61,212 bases of DNA from assembly GCA_947627505.1 (NCBI GenBank), contig CANQWG010000004.1, positions 1 through 61,212 of the forward strand, in the 5' to 3' direction. Origin of the DNA: an uncultured Bacilli bacterium (lineage in GTDB: Bacteria; Bacillota_I; Bacilli_A; RFN20; CAG-449). The notes under the pieces were generated by a model, which saw only the letters and a list, made by a program, of their open reading frames with translations, was not told the DNA's origin and did no database searches. Below are positions 28,072 through 37,782 of the stretch, piece after piece; positions within the stretch are counted from its first letter, which is position 1, and every line of letters begins with the position of its first letter. Both the position numbers and the translations under genes were made by a program.

Positions 28072-28472
28072 AATACTTTGTCCAAAACTGCATTTACAAG
28101 TGGACACCGGTCTCTTTCGATATATCTTTTAGCGAGATTCATCGCAATATCGATAGTTATCGCCTTTTCGACGGTCTCTCCATACTGACTTTCAGCGATT
28201 GCAACAACTAATATCGCTTTTAAAACATTATTTAAGCGATCAAATTTCCAATCTATGAGATTTTTAGAAATTAGGTCGACTATTTCGTCAATATGCAATA
28301 ACGCTTTAACCGCGACTTCGCGCGAAAAAAGCGGAATTTCCTCATATGAAGTTTTGTATGTGTTTTCCAAAGAATTGACAGGATTAAAATCAAATTTGTA
28401 TTCACGACAAAAAAAGTATTGATAAAGAACGATCATCAATTTTTCGTGTTCTTTGTTTCTTGTTAACACCAT
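28068..28472 (-). CDS. nusB: Transcription antitermination factor NusB
   Basis: 134 aa. W...DRL...LKAILVVAIAE...LVNAVLDKV is a NusB-like pattern, and it lies upstream of xseA as in Bacillus. Confidence 0.75.
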   Translation of the reverse strand: MVLTRNKEHEKLMIVLYQYFFCREYKFDFNPVNSLENTYKTSYEEIPLFSREVAVKALLHIDEIVDLISKNLIDWKFDRLNNVLKAILVVAIAESQYGETVEKAITIDIAMNLAKRYIERDRCPLVNAVLDKVL

Positions 28473-28667
28473 TTATATCACCTCACAAAACTATATTATA
28501 ACTCACATATTTATAATAAACAAATCAATCGTGCAAATTAGCGTAAATTTCGGCGTTTTTGCATGTATTCTAAGATATTTTTGAGCATTATATTAATTTA
28601 TTGCTTTTAATTATCTTATTTCAATTATCGTCTTTAGATATTCTTTAGCTTATCTTTTAATTGTATA

Positions 28668-29294
28668 TTATTCATAGAAGACCTCCATAAAATTTATAAC
28701 CTTATCTTTAATTCCTAGCTTTTCGGCATAGTTGGATAGTTTTACTAAATCCTTATCTCTTCTTTTTATATATTCTCTAACGCTAAACTTAACAAGTTCA
28801 AAATCCATTCTCTTTTTGGAACGGATAATATCACATATGCATCTTTCTATATCATAAACCCTAACCTTATTGCCCATAGGTGTTTTAACTTCACTGAGAC
28901 CTAATTCATAAATATCATTAGATACATAAAATACTTCATGTTCTTTTAAATGTTCGTTATTATAAGTCTTTTTTATAGTTATATCATATCTGCCATTGGG
29001 TGCTTTTAATGATAAACCATAGAAATAAAGTGCTGTCATATGAGAAAAAATAGCATTGGGCATGGTTAAATTAAAGATATAATAAGGGTCATCTATTTTA
29101 GAAGAATCGATATAAATGCCATTACCAACCCTTTCTACGATACCTTTTTTCCACATAGAATTGAGATACATTCTATGAATACCACAATTGTCTAATTCTT
29201 TTGAAGTGATATATCCATTATTTTTTTCCATTATCATTTCAATAATTTCAACCTTACTTTTTCCTATAAAATCGCTTTGATACATTTTTTCCAT
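28668..29294 (-). CDS. AbiEi-family (type IV TA antitoxin-like) protein, orphan
   Basis: The N-terminal winged-helix part (GYITSKELDNCGIHRMYLNSMWKKGIVERVGNGIY) and AIFSHMTALYFYGL are typical of the AbiEi/AbiGi family. I started it at ATG 29294 behind a GGAGA RBS. The region is AT-rich. Confidence 0.55.
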   Translation of the reverse strand: MEKMYQSDFIGKSKVEIIEMIMEKNNGYITSKELDNCGIHRMYLNSMWKKGIVERVGNGIYIDSSKIDDPYYIFNLTMPNAIFSHMTALYFYGLSLKAPNGRYDITIKKTYNNEHLKEHEVFYVSNDIYELGLSEVKTPMGNKVRVYDIERCICDIIRSKKRMDFELVKFSVREYIKRRDKDLVKLSNYAEKLGIKDKVINFMEVFYE

Positions 29295-29472
29295 ATTATT
29301 CTCCATGACAAATCTACTTATACAATAATATTTATCAGTAGTTTTGTCAAAATTATTCAATAAAATGATAATAATTACTCAAATAATGACAGACACAAGT
29401 TTAAAAATATGACTTTAAATATAAAGTAATAAATAAAATTTTTTTATTAAGGTGCTAAATGACAATGTATTT

Positions 29473-29505
29473 AAAAAAAAGAATGATAAGAAACGTATCA
29501 TTCTT
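29473..29505 (-). terminator. Rho-independent terminator of the 676-aa lipoprotein gene
   Basis: The minus strand reads AAGAATGATA-CGTTTCT-TATCATTCTT followed by a T8 run. Confidence 0.65.
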
Positions 29506-31508
29506 CAATCATAAATCAATTTGGTGTTATTAATAACGATATCGGCACTGAAAGGCGCTATAATCCGTCGATTATCGTTTGTACTTAGCACTCTAAAATG
29601 CAAGATTATACCATTTTCACACTCTACTTTGCTAAGTTCACTAAGATTAGGATACAACAAGGATTGCGATAAATTATTTAGTGTTAAGTTTTGTGTGCCC
29701 TTCTGTAGCGTATATTTCTTATATCCTTCTACATTGCCACCTTTTACGAAGTCTAGATACATCTCGACTTTCATATCATCTTCTATATTAAGAGAAATAG
29801 TAATCGCATAGTCGCGGATATTTTCAATTTCTTTTGACGCATGTATAGCAATGGTATCGTAGCAATTTTTATTCGATGAGATATCGCTTAGATGTGTCGC
29901 ACTATCAGCACTACTACGCGTAGAAACTAGATATACACTATCATCTGCATTCAAATTCCCCTCTATATCGGTATCAAATTTTTCATTTGCGACCGCGTCT
30001 ACTATAGCAGCTACTGCTTGAGATAGATTGTAGATATTTCGCATACCCGTCTGCTCATTTGGTGTAAATGGAGCACGCATATCTTTAAATGCCTTCACCC
30101 CGTCTGCGATATATCCCGAATCATTTTCGCCGTAATACAATAAATGAGCAGTTTCATAACGGTCACCATAAAAACCCTCAATAGAAAATTTAGATAAATA
30201 CGCCATAGACGACGTATAATCATCATCATTTACAAGCTTATTAAATTCATTATAATATGACTGATAAGTGGTATTATGCATTATATAGATATTTGCCGTA
30301 TCCATATTGCCATCTATTTCTGTATACACATCACCCAAACTATAACAATTACCACGGTTATCTGTAATAAATTCTGAGTCAATAAGTTGACAGGTCATCA
30401 TTCCACTAAGTTCAGCAATACTATAGCAATATCCACATGTATTACAAAACTCCTCATAACGCTCTTTAACGTCAGCAAAGGTTTCTTTGCTACGCTTGTC
30501 ATCTTTGATTAAATTGTCACCAACAACATATTTTCTGACAAATTCCTTGATATTATCAGCAAAATCTTGTGCATAATTTCCAAGATAGAATATTTTCTCT
30601 AGCAGTGCGTTGTACTCACTATTTACTGTAGAAATATCCGCGCTATAGGACGTGCACTCATTTGGCGCGTAACCCACTACAAGCTGTGCGATGACTAGTT
30701 TCATTCTCTCTTGTGCTGTGCCATCCGCAAAGTAGTCCGCCCATAGCCACTTGCGACTATCGTCTGTCGTCGTACCTATCTTTTTCTCACTTTCTAGTAT
30801 CGTATAATAATTCTCGCCATACATCGAGCCATATGGGATAGTGTAGTGCGATGTGATGTAATCATTTTTCTCACTATATGTGTCACGAGCGGTACGATTA
30901 TTTGCAAGGAATGCGGTAAGCACCATAGTTGACAGGTCGCACTCGTGTTGGTCGATATTGTTGTAATATTCATTCTGATAAAATACTACGCTGCCCCACT
31001 TTTGTGCAATCTCATCAAAACGTGTGACACCCGAGGACGAGATATTCTTGCCATCCTCGTCATAAAGGAAGACGTAGTACATACTGCCGTCTTGATGCAC
31101 CTCGTATTTTTTACCAAGCGATGTGCCCGACTCCCAACTATTGAATATTTTACCGTCGTATTCATAGGTGTAATTATTGCCATGACCGTAGATATTGTCT
31201 AGTCGACTGATGATGCCATTTGCAATGCTTCCTATCTGTCGATCGAGCAAATATTCAAAAGAACGATAGGTACCATCAAAATCCACGAAGGTTTGTTCAC
31301 TGATACGGCGTACTACAGTTGCCGATACTTCATCGGTAAAATAATTCTCGGCATAATGCGATGTAGCGCTGCTACTGTCGCTTGAATGCGGTTCAAAACT
31401 AGAATTATCAGTTAATACACCGCTAGTTGGGTCATCGTTTATTCCGCTACAACCGACCAATGTTGCAAGCACCATGATCGTCAAAAGATTTAAAGTCGTT
31501 TTTTTCAT
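29505..31508 (-). CDS. Large lipoprotein of unknown function
   Basis: MKKTTLNLLTIMVLATLVGCSG is a signal peptide plus lipobox, taken from ATG 31508. About 650 aa follow with no motif I recognise. Confidence 0.55.
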   Translation of the reverse strand: MKKTTLNLLTIMVLATLVGCSGINDDPTSGVLTDNSSFEPHSSDSSSATSHYAENYFTDEVSATVVRRISEQTFVDFDGTYRSFEYLLDRQIGSIANGIISRLDNIYGHGNNYTYEYDGKIFNSWESGTSLGKKYEVHQDGSMYYVFLYDEDGKNISSSGVTRFDEIAQKWGSVVFYQNEYYNNIDQHECDLSTMVLTAFLANNRTARDTYSEKNDYITSHYTIPYGSMYGENYYTILESEKKIGTTTDDSRKWLWADYFADGTAQERMKLVIAQLVVGYAPNECTSYSADISTVNSEYNALLEKIFYLGNYAQDFADNIKEFVRKYVVGDNLIKDDKRSKETFADVKERYEEFCNTCGYCYSIAELSGMMTCQLIDSEFITDNRGNCYSLGDVYTEIDGNMDTANIYIMHNTTYQSYYNEFNKLVNDDDYTSSMAYLSKFSIEGFYGDRYETAHLLYYGENDSGYIADGVKAFKDMRAPFTPNEQTGMRNIYNLSQAVAAIVDAVANEKFDTDIEGNLNADDSVYLVSTRSSADSATHLSDISSNKNCYDTIAIHASKEIENIRDYAITISLNIEDDMKVEMYLDFVKGGNVEGYKKYTLQKGTQNLTLNNLSQSLLYPNLSELSKVECENGIILHFRVLSTNDNRRIIAPFSADIVINNTKLIYD

Positions 31509-31540
31509 CACTAACAATTCCTTTCTACACCACAAGCGAT

Positions 31541-32029
31541 CTATCGATGTTTTTGTACCAAGTTATTGATTTTTAAATAAAGAAACAGTGCGATAATAGA
31601 CATTATAAGGACTCCAAAACGAAAAGCAAGTCCGAAAATATAATCGTATATTCCACTATTCAAATATTCAAAATCGAGATAAAAATAAGCTATGGTATCA
31701 AATATATAATAGATAATCGAAGCGATAAGTCCATATAAGCGTCCCTTAAAAGCCAAATAACCCGCAAAAGCCACGATGAGATTGATAACTAATCCGCACG
31801 CTAAAGTTAATAGATAGTTGATTTCTCCGCTAATCCCGTTATTCGCGGCAAGAAGCGAAATAAAACCGATCGGCGAAAAAGCGATGGTGTACGAGCGTGG
31901 CCCATTGATAAAAACAAAAAATAAGGCGACAGTCGACAAAATAGCTCCCCACATCGGGAGCCGAGCAAAACGTTTATATCGCGTATATTTGAGTTTGATT
32001 TCTTCCTTTAACGAATGGATTTTATCCAT
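31541..32029 (-). CDS. Integral membrane protein coupled to the Asp23 gene
   Basis: 162 aa with about 4 TM segments. Its ATG overlaps the Asp23-family stop (TAATG). Confidence 0.5.
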   Translation of the reverse strand: MDKIHSLKEEIKLKYTRYKRFARLPMWGAILSTVALFFVFINGPRSYTIAFSPIGFISLLAANNGISGEINYLLTLACGLVINLIVAFAGYLAFKGRLYGLIASIIYYIFDTIAYFYLDFEYLNSGIYDYIFGLAFRFGVLIMSIIALFLYLKINNLVQKHR

Positions 32030-32364
32030 TATTGAACACCCATAACTTTGATATCCACCGAAAATGGAACCATTTCAATCATTTGGGTAAAAGCGGAGGC
32101 GACTTCTTCTTGAATCTGAGTGCATACGTCATTGACATTGACGTTGCTACCGACGCAGATTTCGATTTTAACCATCACTTTTCCGTTTCGGATTTCACAA
32201 TGAACGGGTTTGTGGAAAGTAAAGAAAAATTTATCGGAATTCGGTTTGATTTTAACCCCTTGTATTCTATTGGTGACATCGGTGGCAATCTGATCGAAAA
32301 CGACTCTTGAAATGCCTAAAGCCCCGCGATTATTATAGTTTTGAATATAAACATATTCAGCCAT
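32029..32364 (-). CDS. Asp23/Gls24-family envelope stress protein (YqhY-like)
   Basis: 111 aa. ALGISRVVFDQIATDV...VKI...V.I.V is the typical Asp23 pattern. Confidence 0.75.
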   Translation of the reverse strand: MAEYVYIQNYNNRGALGISRVVFDQIATDVTNRIQGVKIKPNSDKFFFTFHKPVHCEIRNGKVMVKIEICVGSNVNVNDVCTQIQEEVASAFTQMIEMVPFSVDIKVMGVQ

Positions 32365-32387
32365 AACGTACCTCCTATAATACTCTT

Positions 32388-33908
32388 TTATTTAAGGCGA
32401 TAAATGACCGAAGAATTCGGTTTTAAAGCCATTTGATCGAGATCTAAGCAACAATGTTCGCAACCATTGATTGCTAAGATTTCTTTGACGTCTTGAAGTT
32501 TATAATCGACGGAAGAAAGATTGATCACTACGCGGATCGTCCCTCTTCTATAAGCGATGATTTTACTGGCATCATCGCAAATTTCAAGTTGAAAATCACG
32601 CGAGCGAAGCTCTTCATTATTGTTTCTAATGGCAATTAAACGGCGAATGTAATTTAATAGTGATTTTGGATTTTGCTCTTGTGAAGCTACCGAAGCTTCG
32701 TCATCGCCGACTGGCAAATAAAGCTCTTTAGAAGTTGAAAAACCACGTTGCGGTTCATCGCTCCATTGCATCGGTGTTCGATCTCCGGTGCGTTGGTAAC
32801 CGCCGTCTTTACTCGGTAAATCGCGATGGACCATCCCGATTTCATCGCCATAGTATAAAAATGGCGTTCCGGGTAAAGTATAAAGCATCATGTAAAAGAT
32901 TCTTAACGGTTTTTTATCTAAGAAAGAAGCGATACGTGGCGTATCGTGATTGCCAGAGATAAAAGCCAAATAGCCATTGTTTTGATTGGCATCGTCGATC
33001 CTTTCAAGAAGGTCTTTCTTGAAGAAAGAAAAGTCACCGCCATTTAAAACCGCTTTACCGCGCGTACTTTCAGTAGAACGAACGAGACGATGGAAACAAT
33101 TGTCCCAATGATCCAAAACAAAATCGGCATCGAATCCGCAAGCTAAGGAGCGTTTGGGGTTTGACCATTCCGAAACCAAAACGGCTTCAGGATAATCTTT
33201 TTCAAAGACGTCGCGTTTAAATTCCCGCCACAACTCCATCGTTTTCGTCTTGTCATCGTCGCCTTTAACCAAGGAATCGGCCATGTCGACTCTAAAACCA
33301 TCGACGCCCTTTTGTAACCAAAAGCGCATCACCGACTTCAAAAAGTTTTTCGCGGGTTCCGTTCTTTTATCGCCGAAAGGAATCTGCCATTCGGGATATT
33401 CGATTTTATTCCACCCGTAATTGAAGGCCGGTTGCGTAAAAAAGAAATTTACCATATAACAGCCGAAACGGTCATAGCGTCCGGCGATCATTCGATAGTA
33501 AGGCGGCAATTCCCAAACGTTGTTATTCCAAATAAAAAGATCGGAATATTCGTTGCGTTCGGCTTTACCACTTTCGATAAAATACTTATTTTCTTCACTA
33601 GCGTGTCCAGCCACCAAATCGATGATGATTCTGATATTGCGTTTATGGGCATCTTCAAGCAAATCTTCGAAATCTTTCATCGTTCCGAAACGTGGATCGA
33701 CATCTTTAAAGTCACTCACGTCGTATCCGCCGTCTTTAAATGGTGATTTAAAGAACGGATTCAGCCATATCGCGTTAACTCCTAACGATTCAACATAATC
33801 CAATTTTTGTTGAATGCCTTTTAAATCACCGATCCCATCGCCATTAGAATCGTAAAATGAGGTCGGATATATTTCGTAAAAAATCGCATCTTTCAACCAT
33901 TTAGCCAT
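32388..33908 (-). CDS. GH13 alpha-glucosidase-type glycoside hydrolase
   Basis: WLKDAIFYEIYPTSF, GDGIGDLKG, DLVAGHAS, GFRVDMAD, VSEW and GNHDTPR (GH13 regions I-IV). Confidence 0.85.
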   Translation of the reverse strand: MAKWLKDAIFYEIYPTSFYDSNGDGIGDLKGIQQKLDYVESLGVNAIWLNPFFKSPFKDGGYDVSDFKDVDPRFGTMKDFEDLLEDAHKRNIRIIIDLVAGHASEENKYFIESGKAERNEYSDLFIWNNNVWELPPYYRMIAGRYDRFGCYMVNFFFTQPAFNYGWNKIEYPEWQIPFGDKRTEPAKNFLKSVMRFWLQKGVDGFRVDMADSLVKGDDDKTKTMELWREFKRDVFEKDYPEAVLVSEWSNPKRSLACGFDADFVLDHWDNCFHRLVRSTESTRGKAVLNGGDFSFFKKDLLERIDDANQNNGYLAFISGNHDTPRIASFLDKKPLRIFYMMLYTLPGTPFLYYGDEIGMVHRDLPSKDGGYQRTGDRTPMQWSDEPQRGFSTSKELYLPVGDDEASVASQEQNPKSLLNYIRRLIAIRNNNEELRSRDFQLEICDDASKIIAYRRGTIRVVINLSSVDYKLQDVKEILAINGCEHCCLDLDQMALKPNSSVIYRLK

Positions 33909-33910
33909 AA

Positions 33911-34801
33911 TTATTTTTTCTCCTCTTCATCAGTAAAGTTCATATATGAGTATTCCCCGATTTCTTCATCAAATTGTAAATCGGTGCTTTGGACATTGAC
34001 TGGGGCCTTTAAGTAGCGTTCGGTTTTGATTTCAACCGTGGATAAAAACGAAATAAAGGACATATCTTCGTAATTTCTTTTTTCTAAATCCTCGTCTTCG
34101 AAAAGCGAGAAAGTATTGCTTTCTTCTTCTAATAGATTTAAATCGGCTAACCAATCCTCATTTTTCTCGGTATCGAATTTAAAATTTTCATTGTCGCTTG
34201 AAGCCATTAAGGTGTTGAGATTTAATCCTTTGTCGAGAATATCAGGACTTATTCCTAAGGAAAATTTGATATAATCGCCATCACGACTGGCGCTAAAATT
34301 ATATTTATCGGCAATATCTCGAGCGTTTAATTCGCCATAATCGGTCTCATCTAAAAGTCCTTGATTTGTTTTGAAAAAACTTTCAAGATACCATCCCTTA
34401 AATACCATAGCATTATTTTCATCGTGTCTAGTATCGTTATTGTTAGCTAACAAAGACCCTAACAAAAGCTTTTGAGCACTATAATTGTCAATGTCATCGT
34501 TTAATTTATAACTGCGGGCAAAAGCCGGAATAAAATTATTGGTTTCAAATAAAATCGGAGCTTCAAAGGTAAAACTTAAAGAAGGTGAAACTTCACTCAA
34601 GGCGTGAATATCAAATTTTACTACCAAGTTTTTGTCGTTATTCACGGTAAGTTTCTTTGCTTTATCATCAGTAACCAAAAAACTCGTAGTATCCCACACT
34701 TTGATGGAAGCACTATCGATTTGCGAGGTCGAATCATTGCTATAGGAACTGAATCCTAAAGCGGTGACGCCTGATATTAAAAGCAAATTGAGTTTGATCA
34801 C
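33911..34801 (-). CDS. Secreted acidic protein of unknown function
   Basis: GTG start, N-terminal signal-like segment, acidic C-terminus. No recognised motif. Confidence 0.45.
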   Translation of the reverse strand: MIKLNLLLISGVTALGFSSYSNDSTSQIDSASIKVWDTTSFLVTDDKAKKLTVNNDKNLVVKFDIHALSEVSPSLSFTFEAPILFETNNFIPAFARSYKLNDDIDNYSAQKLLLGSLLANNNDTRHDENNAMVFKGWYLESFFKTNQGLLDETDYGELNARDIADKYNFSASRDGDYIKFSLGISPDILDKGLNLNTLMASSDNENFKFDTEKNEDWLADLNLLEEESNTFSLFEDEDLEKRNYEDMSFISFLSTVEIKTERYLKAPVNVQSTDLQFDEEIGEYSYMNFTDEEEKK

Positions 34802-34821
34802 CCTGCGCTCCTTTCTAATCT

Positions 34822-34844
34822 AAATATAGATTATATCTATATTT
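34822..34844. promoter_or_regulatory. Perfect 23-bp palindrome upstream of the 33911-34801 gene
   Basis: AAATATAGAT-TAT-ATCTATATTT has 10-bp arms and lies 21-43 nt upstream of the GTG start. Confidence 0.3.
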
Positions 34845-34937
34845 TAAATTTTGAAGGCAAGATTTGCAATCAAATATATTTAAAGTGTCGGAAATATTAA
34901 AAAAAGTTCCCCATTTTGTAATGAGAAACCTTTAAAT

Positions 34938-37076
34938 TTAGACATCGCGAATTGAAAGACTGATCTTTTTATTGGCACTATCGACACCGATCACCTTGAC
35001 ACGAACAATTTGACCGATATGGAGAACCTCTAAAGGATGCTTAATATAATGAGAAGCAATTTTAGAAATGTGAACTAAGCCGTCTTGATGGACGCCGATG
35101 TCGATGAAGGCGCCAAAATCCATGATATTTCTCACTGTTCCTTCAAGAATCATCCCCTCTTTAAGATCTTTGATGTCGATCACATCGTGCCTTAAGATCG
35201 CTTTCTTGTTGAGATCACGTGGATCACGACCGATTTTAGTTAATTCGGAAACGATATCTTTAAGCGTAGGAACTCCAATGTTCAATTTTGCGGCCAATTT
35301 TTCATAATCGGTGATACTTTCAAGCCGCTTTTTGCATTCTTCGGAATTTAAATCGTCGAGTGAAAGCTCCAATTCTTTCAATAATTCCAAAGCGATATTG
35401 TAGGATTCAGGATGCACGGCAGTATTATCTAAAGGATAATGTCCGCTGATACGTAAAAAGCCGGCGCATTGTTCAAAGGCCTTGTCACCGAGTTTTGGTA
35501 CTTTTTTAAGTTCGTCGCGGGCTTTAAACGATCCATTATTTTCGCGATAGGCGACGATAGATTTAGCTAAACCGCTATTAATGCCTGAAACATAGCTAAG
35601 GAGCGAAGGTGAAGCGTTATTTAAATCGACACCGACCATGTTGACGCAATCTTCAACCACGCCGCCTAAAGCCTCACCGAGATGTTTTTGATTCATATCA
35701 TGTTGATATTGACCAACTCCGATCGATTTCGGATCGATTTTAATTAGTTCCGCTAGTGGATCTTGAACGCGTCTTGCTAAAGAGACGGCACTTCTTAAGG
35801 AGACGTCAAATTGCGGAAATTCCTCCGTTCCTAATTTTGAAGCACTGTAGACGGAAGCACCGGCTTCATTGGTGATGATATAATCGCAATCAATTTCGTG
35901 ATCGTCGATCATTTTCTTTAGAAAAGCTTCTGATTCACGGGAAGCGGTGCCGTTTCCAAGTGAAATCAAATCGACTTTATACTTAGTGACGATCTCTTTA
36001 ATCACTTTTTTGGCCTCTTCGATTTTATTTTGAGGTGGAGTTGGATAGATGACTCCAGTGTAAAGAACTTTTCCGTTTGCATCGACAATCGCTAATTTAC
36101 AACCCGTTCGATAAGCCGGATCAAAACCTAAAACCACTTTGTTTTTAACCGGTGGTTCCAGTAACAATTCTTTTAGATTACTCTTAAAAGTCACAATCGA
36201 ACGATTCTCGGCGATTTCGGTTAAGTCGTTTCGAATTTCATTGTCGATTGAAGGTTTGATCAATCGCTTATACGCATCGCTTGCCGCTTCAAAAATGATC
36301 GGTTTAAATTGATTTTCACCCTTTAAAAGCTGATTTAAGATATAGTTAATGTTGTCATCGTCAGGTGTCGACAACGTTACTTTTAAGGCCTCGGCTTTTT
36401 CGCCACGATTGATTGCTAAAATGCGATGAGCGACGATTTTATTGATCGGTTCTTGATAATCTTGATACATCTCGAAAATCGGAGAATAATTTTTATCGTT
36501 TTTCTTGGTGCAGATTAAGCCACATGAAAAATTCACGTTACGGATGTGCTTACGATATGACGCATTGTCGGAAATCATCTCGGCGATGATATCTTTAGCT
36601 CCATTTAAAGCTTCTTCAAATGAATTCACTTCCCGCTTAGGATCGATGAACTCGTTAACATAGTCATTCAATTTTTCATAGTGTTCTTGATTTAGAATAA
36701 AAGTCGCCAAAGGTTCTAATCCACGCGCCTTAGCGATTGAAGCGCGCGTCTTTTTTTTCGGTTTATAGGGACGATATAAATCCTCTAATTCACTCATTAC
36801 TAATGTTTCATCGATGGCTTTAAAGAGTTGTTCATCGTTGATGTTCTGTTCAATAAGTGAATTTACAATCGATTTTTTTCGTTCCTCAAGACCGACTAAA
36901 TAACGATAACGTTCGTCAAATTGACGCAGTTTTTCATCACTTAAAGAGCCGGTCATCTCTTTACGATACCTAGCGATAAAAGGAATCGTATTTCCTTCGT
37001 TGATCAAATTGATCACAGCTTCTACACGCGACGGCTTAATCTCAAGTTCCGTCGCTAAAATATTTATTAAATTCAT
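34938..37076 (-). CDS. tex: Tex-like transcription accessory protein (S1 domain)
   Basis: 712 aa. The N-terminus IPFIARYRKE, a YqgF-like core, HhH motifs and a C-terminal S1 domain (GTVRNIMDFGAFIDIG...GLVHIS). Confidence 0.9.
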   Translation of the reverse strand: MNLINILATELEIKPSRVEAVINLINEGNTIPFIARYRKEMTGSLSDEKLRQFDERYRYLVGLEERKKSIVNSLIEQNINDEQLFKAIDETLVMSELEDLYRPYKPKKKTRASIAKARGLEPLATFILNQEHYEKLNDYVNEFIDPKREVNSFEEALNGAKDIIAEMISDNASYRKHIRNVNFSCGLICTKKNDKNYSPIFEMYQDYQEPINKIVAHRILAINRGEKAEALKVTLSTPDDDNINYILNQLLKGENQFKPIIFEAASDAYKRLIKPSIDNEIRNDLTEIAENRSIVTFKSNLKELLLEPPVKNKVVLGFDPAYRTGCKLAIVDANGKVLYTGVIYPTPPQNKIEEAKKVIKEIVTKYKVDLISLGNGTASRESEAFLKKMIDDHEIDCDYIITNEAGASVYSASKLGTEEFPQFDVSLRSAVSLARRVQDPLAELIKIDPKSIGVGQYQHDMNQKHLGEALGGVVEDCVNMVGVDLNNASPSLLSYVSGINSGLAKSIVAYRENNGSFKARDELKKVPKLGDKAFEQCAGFLRISGHYPLDNTAVHPESYNIALELLKELELSLDDLNSEECKKRLESITDYEKLAAKLNIGVPTLKDIVSELTKIGRDPRDLNKKAILRHDVIDIKDLKEGMILEGTVRNIMDFGAFIDIGVHQDGLVHISKIASHYIKHPLEVLHIGQIVRVKVIGVDSANKKISLSIRDV

Positions 37077-37077
37077 C

Positions 37078-37554
37078 TTATTCTAAGGCCTCAAATTCAT
37101 TAAATGTGAAAAAATAAGTGCTAGAAGCAGTGCTTAAACGCACTTTATATACCACATCGTATTTGGAGGCCGTAAAATTCAAAATAACCCCTTGATGTGT
37201 CGTTTCACTAGCGACTTTATCGATGTTTTGTGCTCCGTCGGTTCCATATCCTAGAGACGGAAATTGGGTAGCTTCTTCGTTTTCATCGACACTACTTGGC
37301 ATCATGATCAACTTCACGTTTTCAAGCCGTTCGTTTTTATAAGAAACGACTAAAGAAATCAAATAGAAGCCTTTGACTGACGATGAATTGGCATAAGTTC
37401 CTTCTACCAAAAATGGAAGAAGCGATTTTTGTGAGTTATAACTTTGCGGTGTGTTCTTTTTTAGTTCTAGAACATCATCTTGATATGTCGAAAATCCATT
37501 GCACGCGGTGCATAATATCCCGACAGAAAGAAGAGTCAGCGCTGCTTTTTTCAT
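37078..37554 (-). CDS. Lipoprotein of unknown function
   Basis: MKKAALTLLSVGILCTACNG (lipobox), taken from ATG 37554 behind AAGGAGG. Confidence 0.55.
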   Translation of the reverse strand: MKKAALTLLSVGILCTACNGFSTYQDDVLELKKNTPQSYNSQKSLLPFLVEGTYANSSSVKGFYLISLVVSYKNERLENVKLIMMPSSVDENEEATQFPSLGYGTDGAQNIDKVASETTHQGVILNFTASKYDVVYKVRLSTASSTYFFTFNEFEALE

Positions 37555-37564
37555 TATTACCTCC

Positions 37565-37729
37565 TTACACGCGATAGATGACCATCGCCGTATATCGCGT
37601 CGAATCATCGTTTATCGGCATATACTTGATGTCGATATACAAATGATCCTCCAATTTGCTAAGAAAAAAATTAATATTGTTTGTCAACTCGTCGATACTT
37701 GTCTCTTCGAATAATTCGACTTGAATCAT
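37565..37729 (-). CDS. cse60: Cse60-like small sporulation protein (not in ORF track)
   Basis: A 54-aa ORF, MIQVELFEETSIDELTNNINFFLSKLEDHLYIDIKYMPINDDSTRYTAMVIYRV, behind an AAAGGTGA RBS. Its pattern matches my recollection of the Cse60/YteV family (V.LF....LE..IN.FL....I.DIKY....A.IIY). Confidence 0.5.
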   Translation of the reverse strand: MIQVELFEETSIDELTNNINFFLSKLEDHLYIDIKYMPINDDSTRYTAMVIYRV

Positions 37730-37782
37730 GATATCACCTTTTTTGATTATAAGTATGATTCAAGCGAGATTTTGTCGATTTA

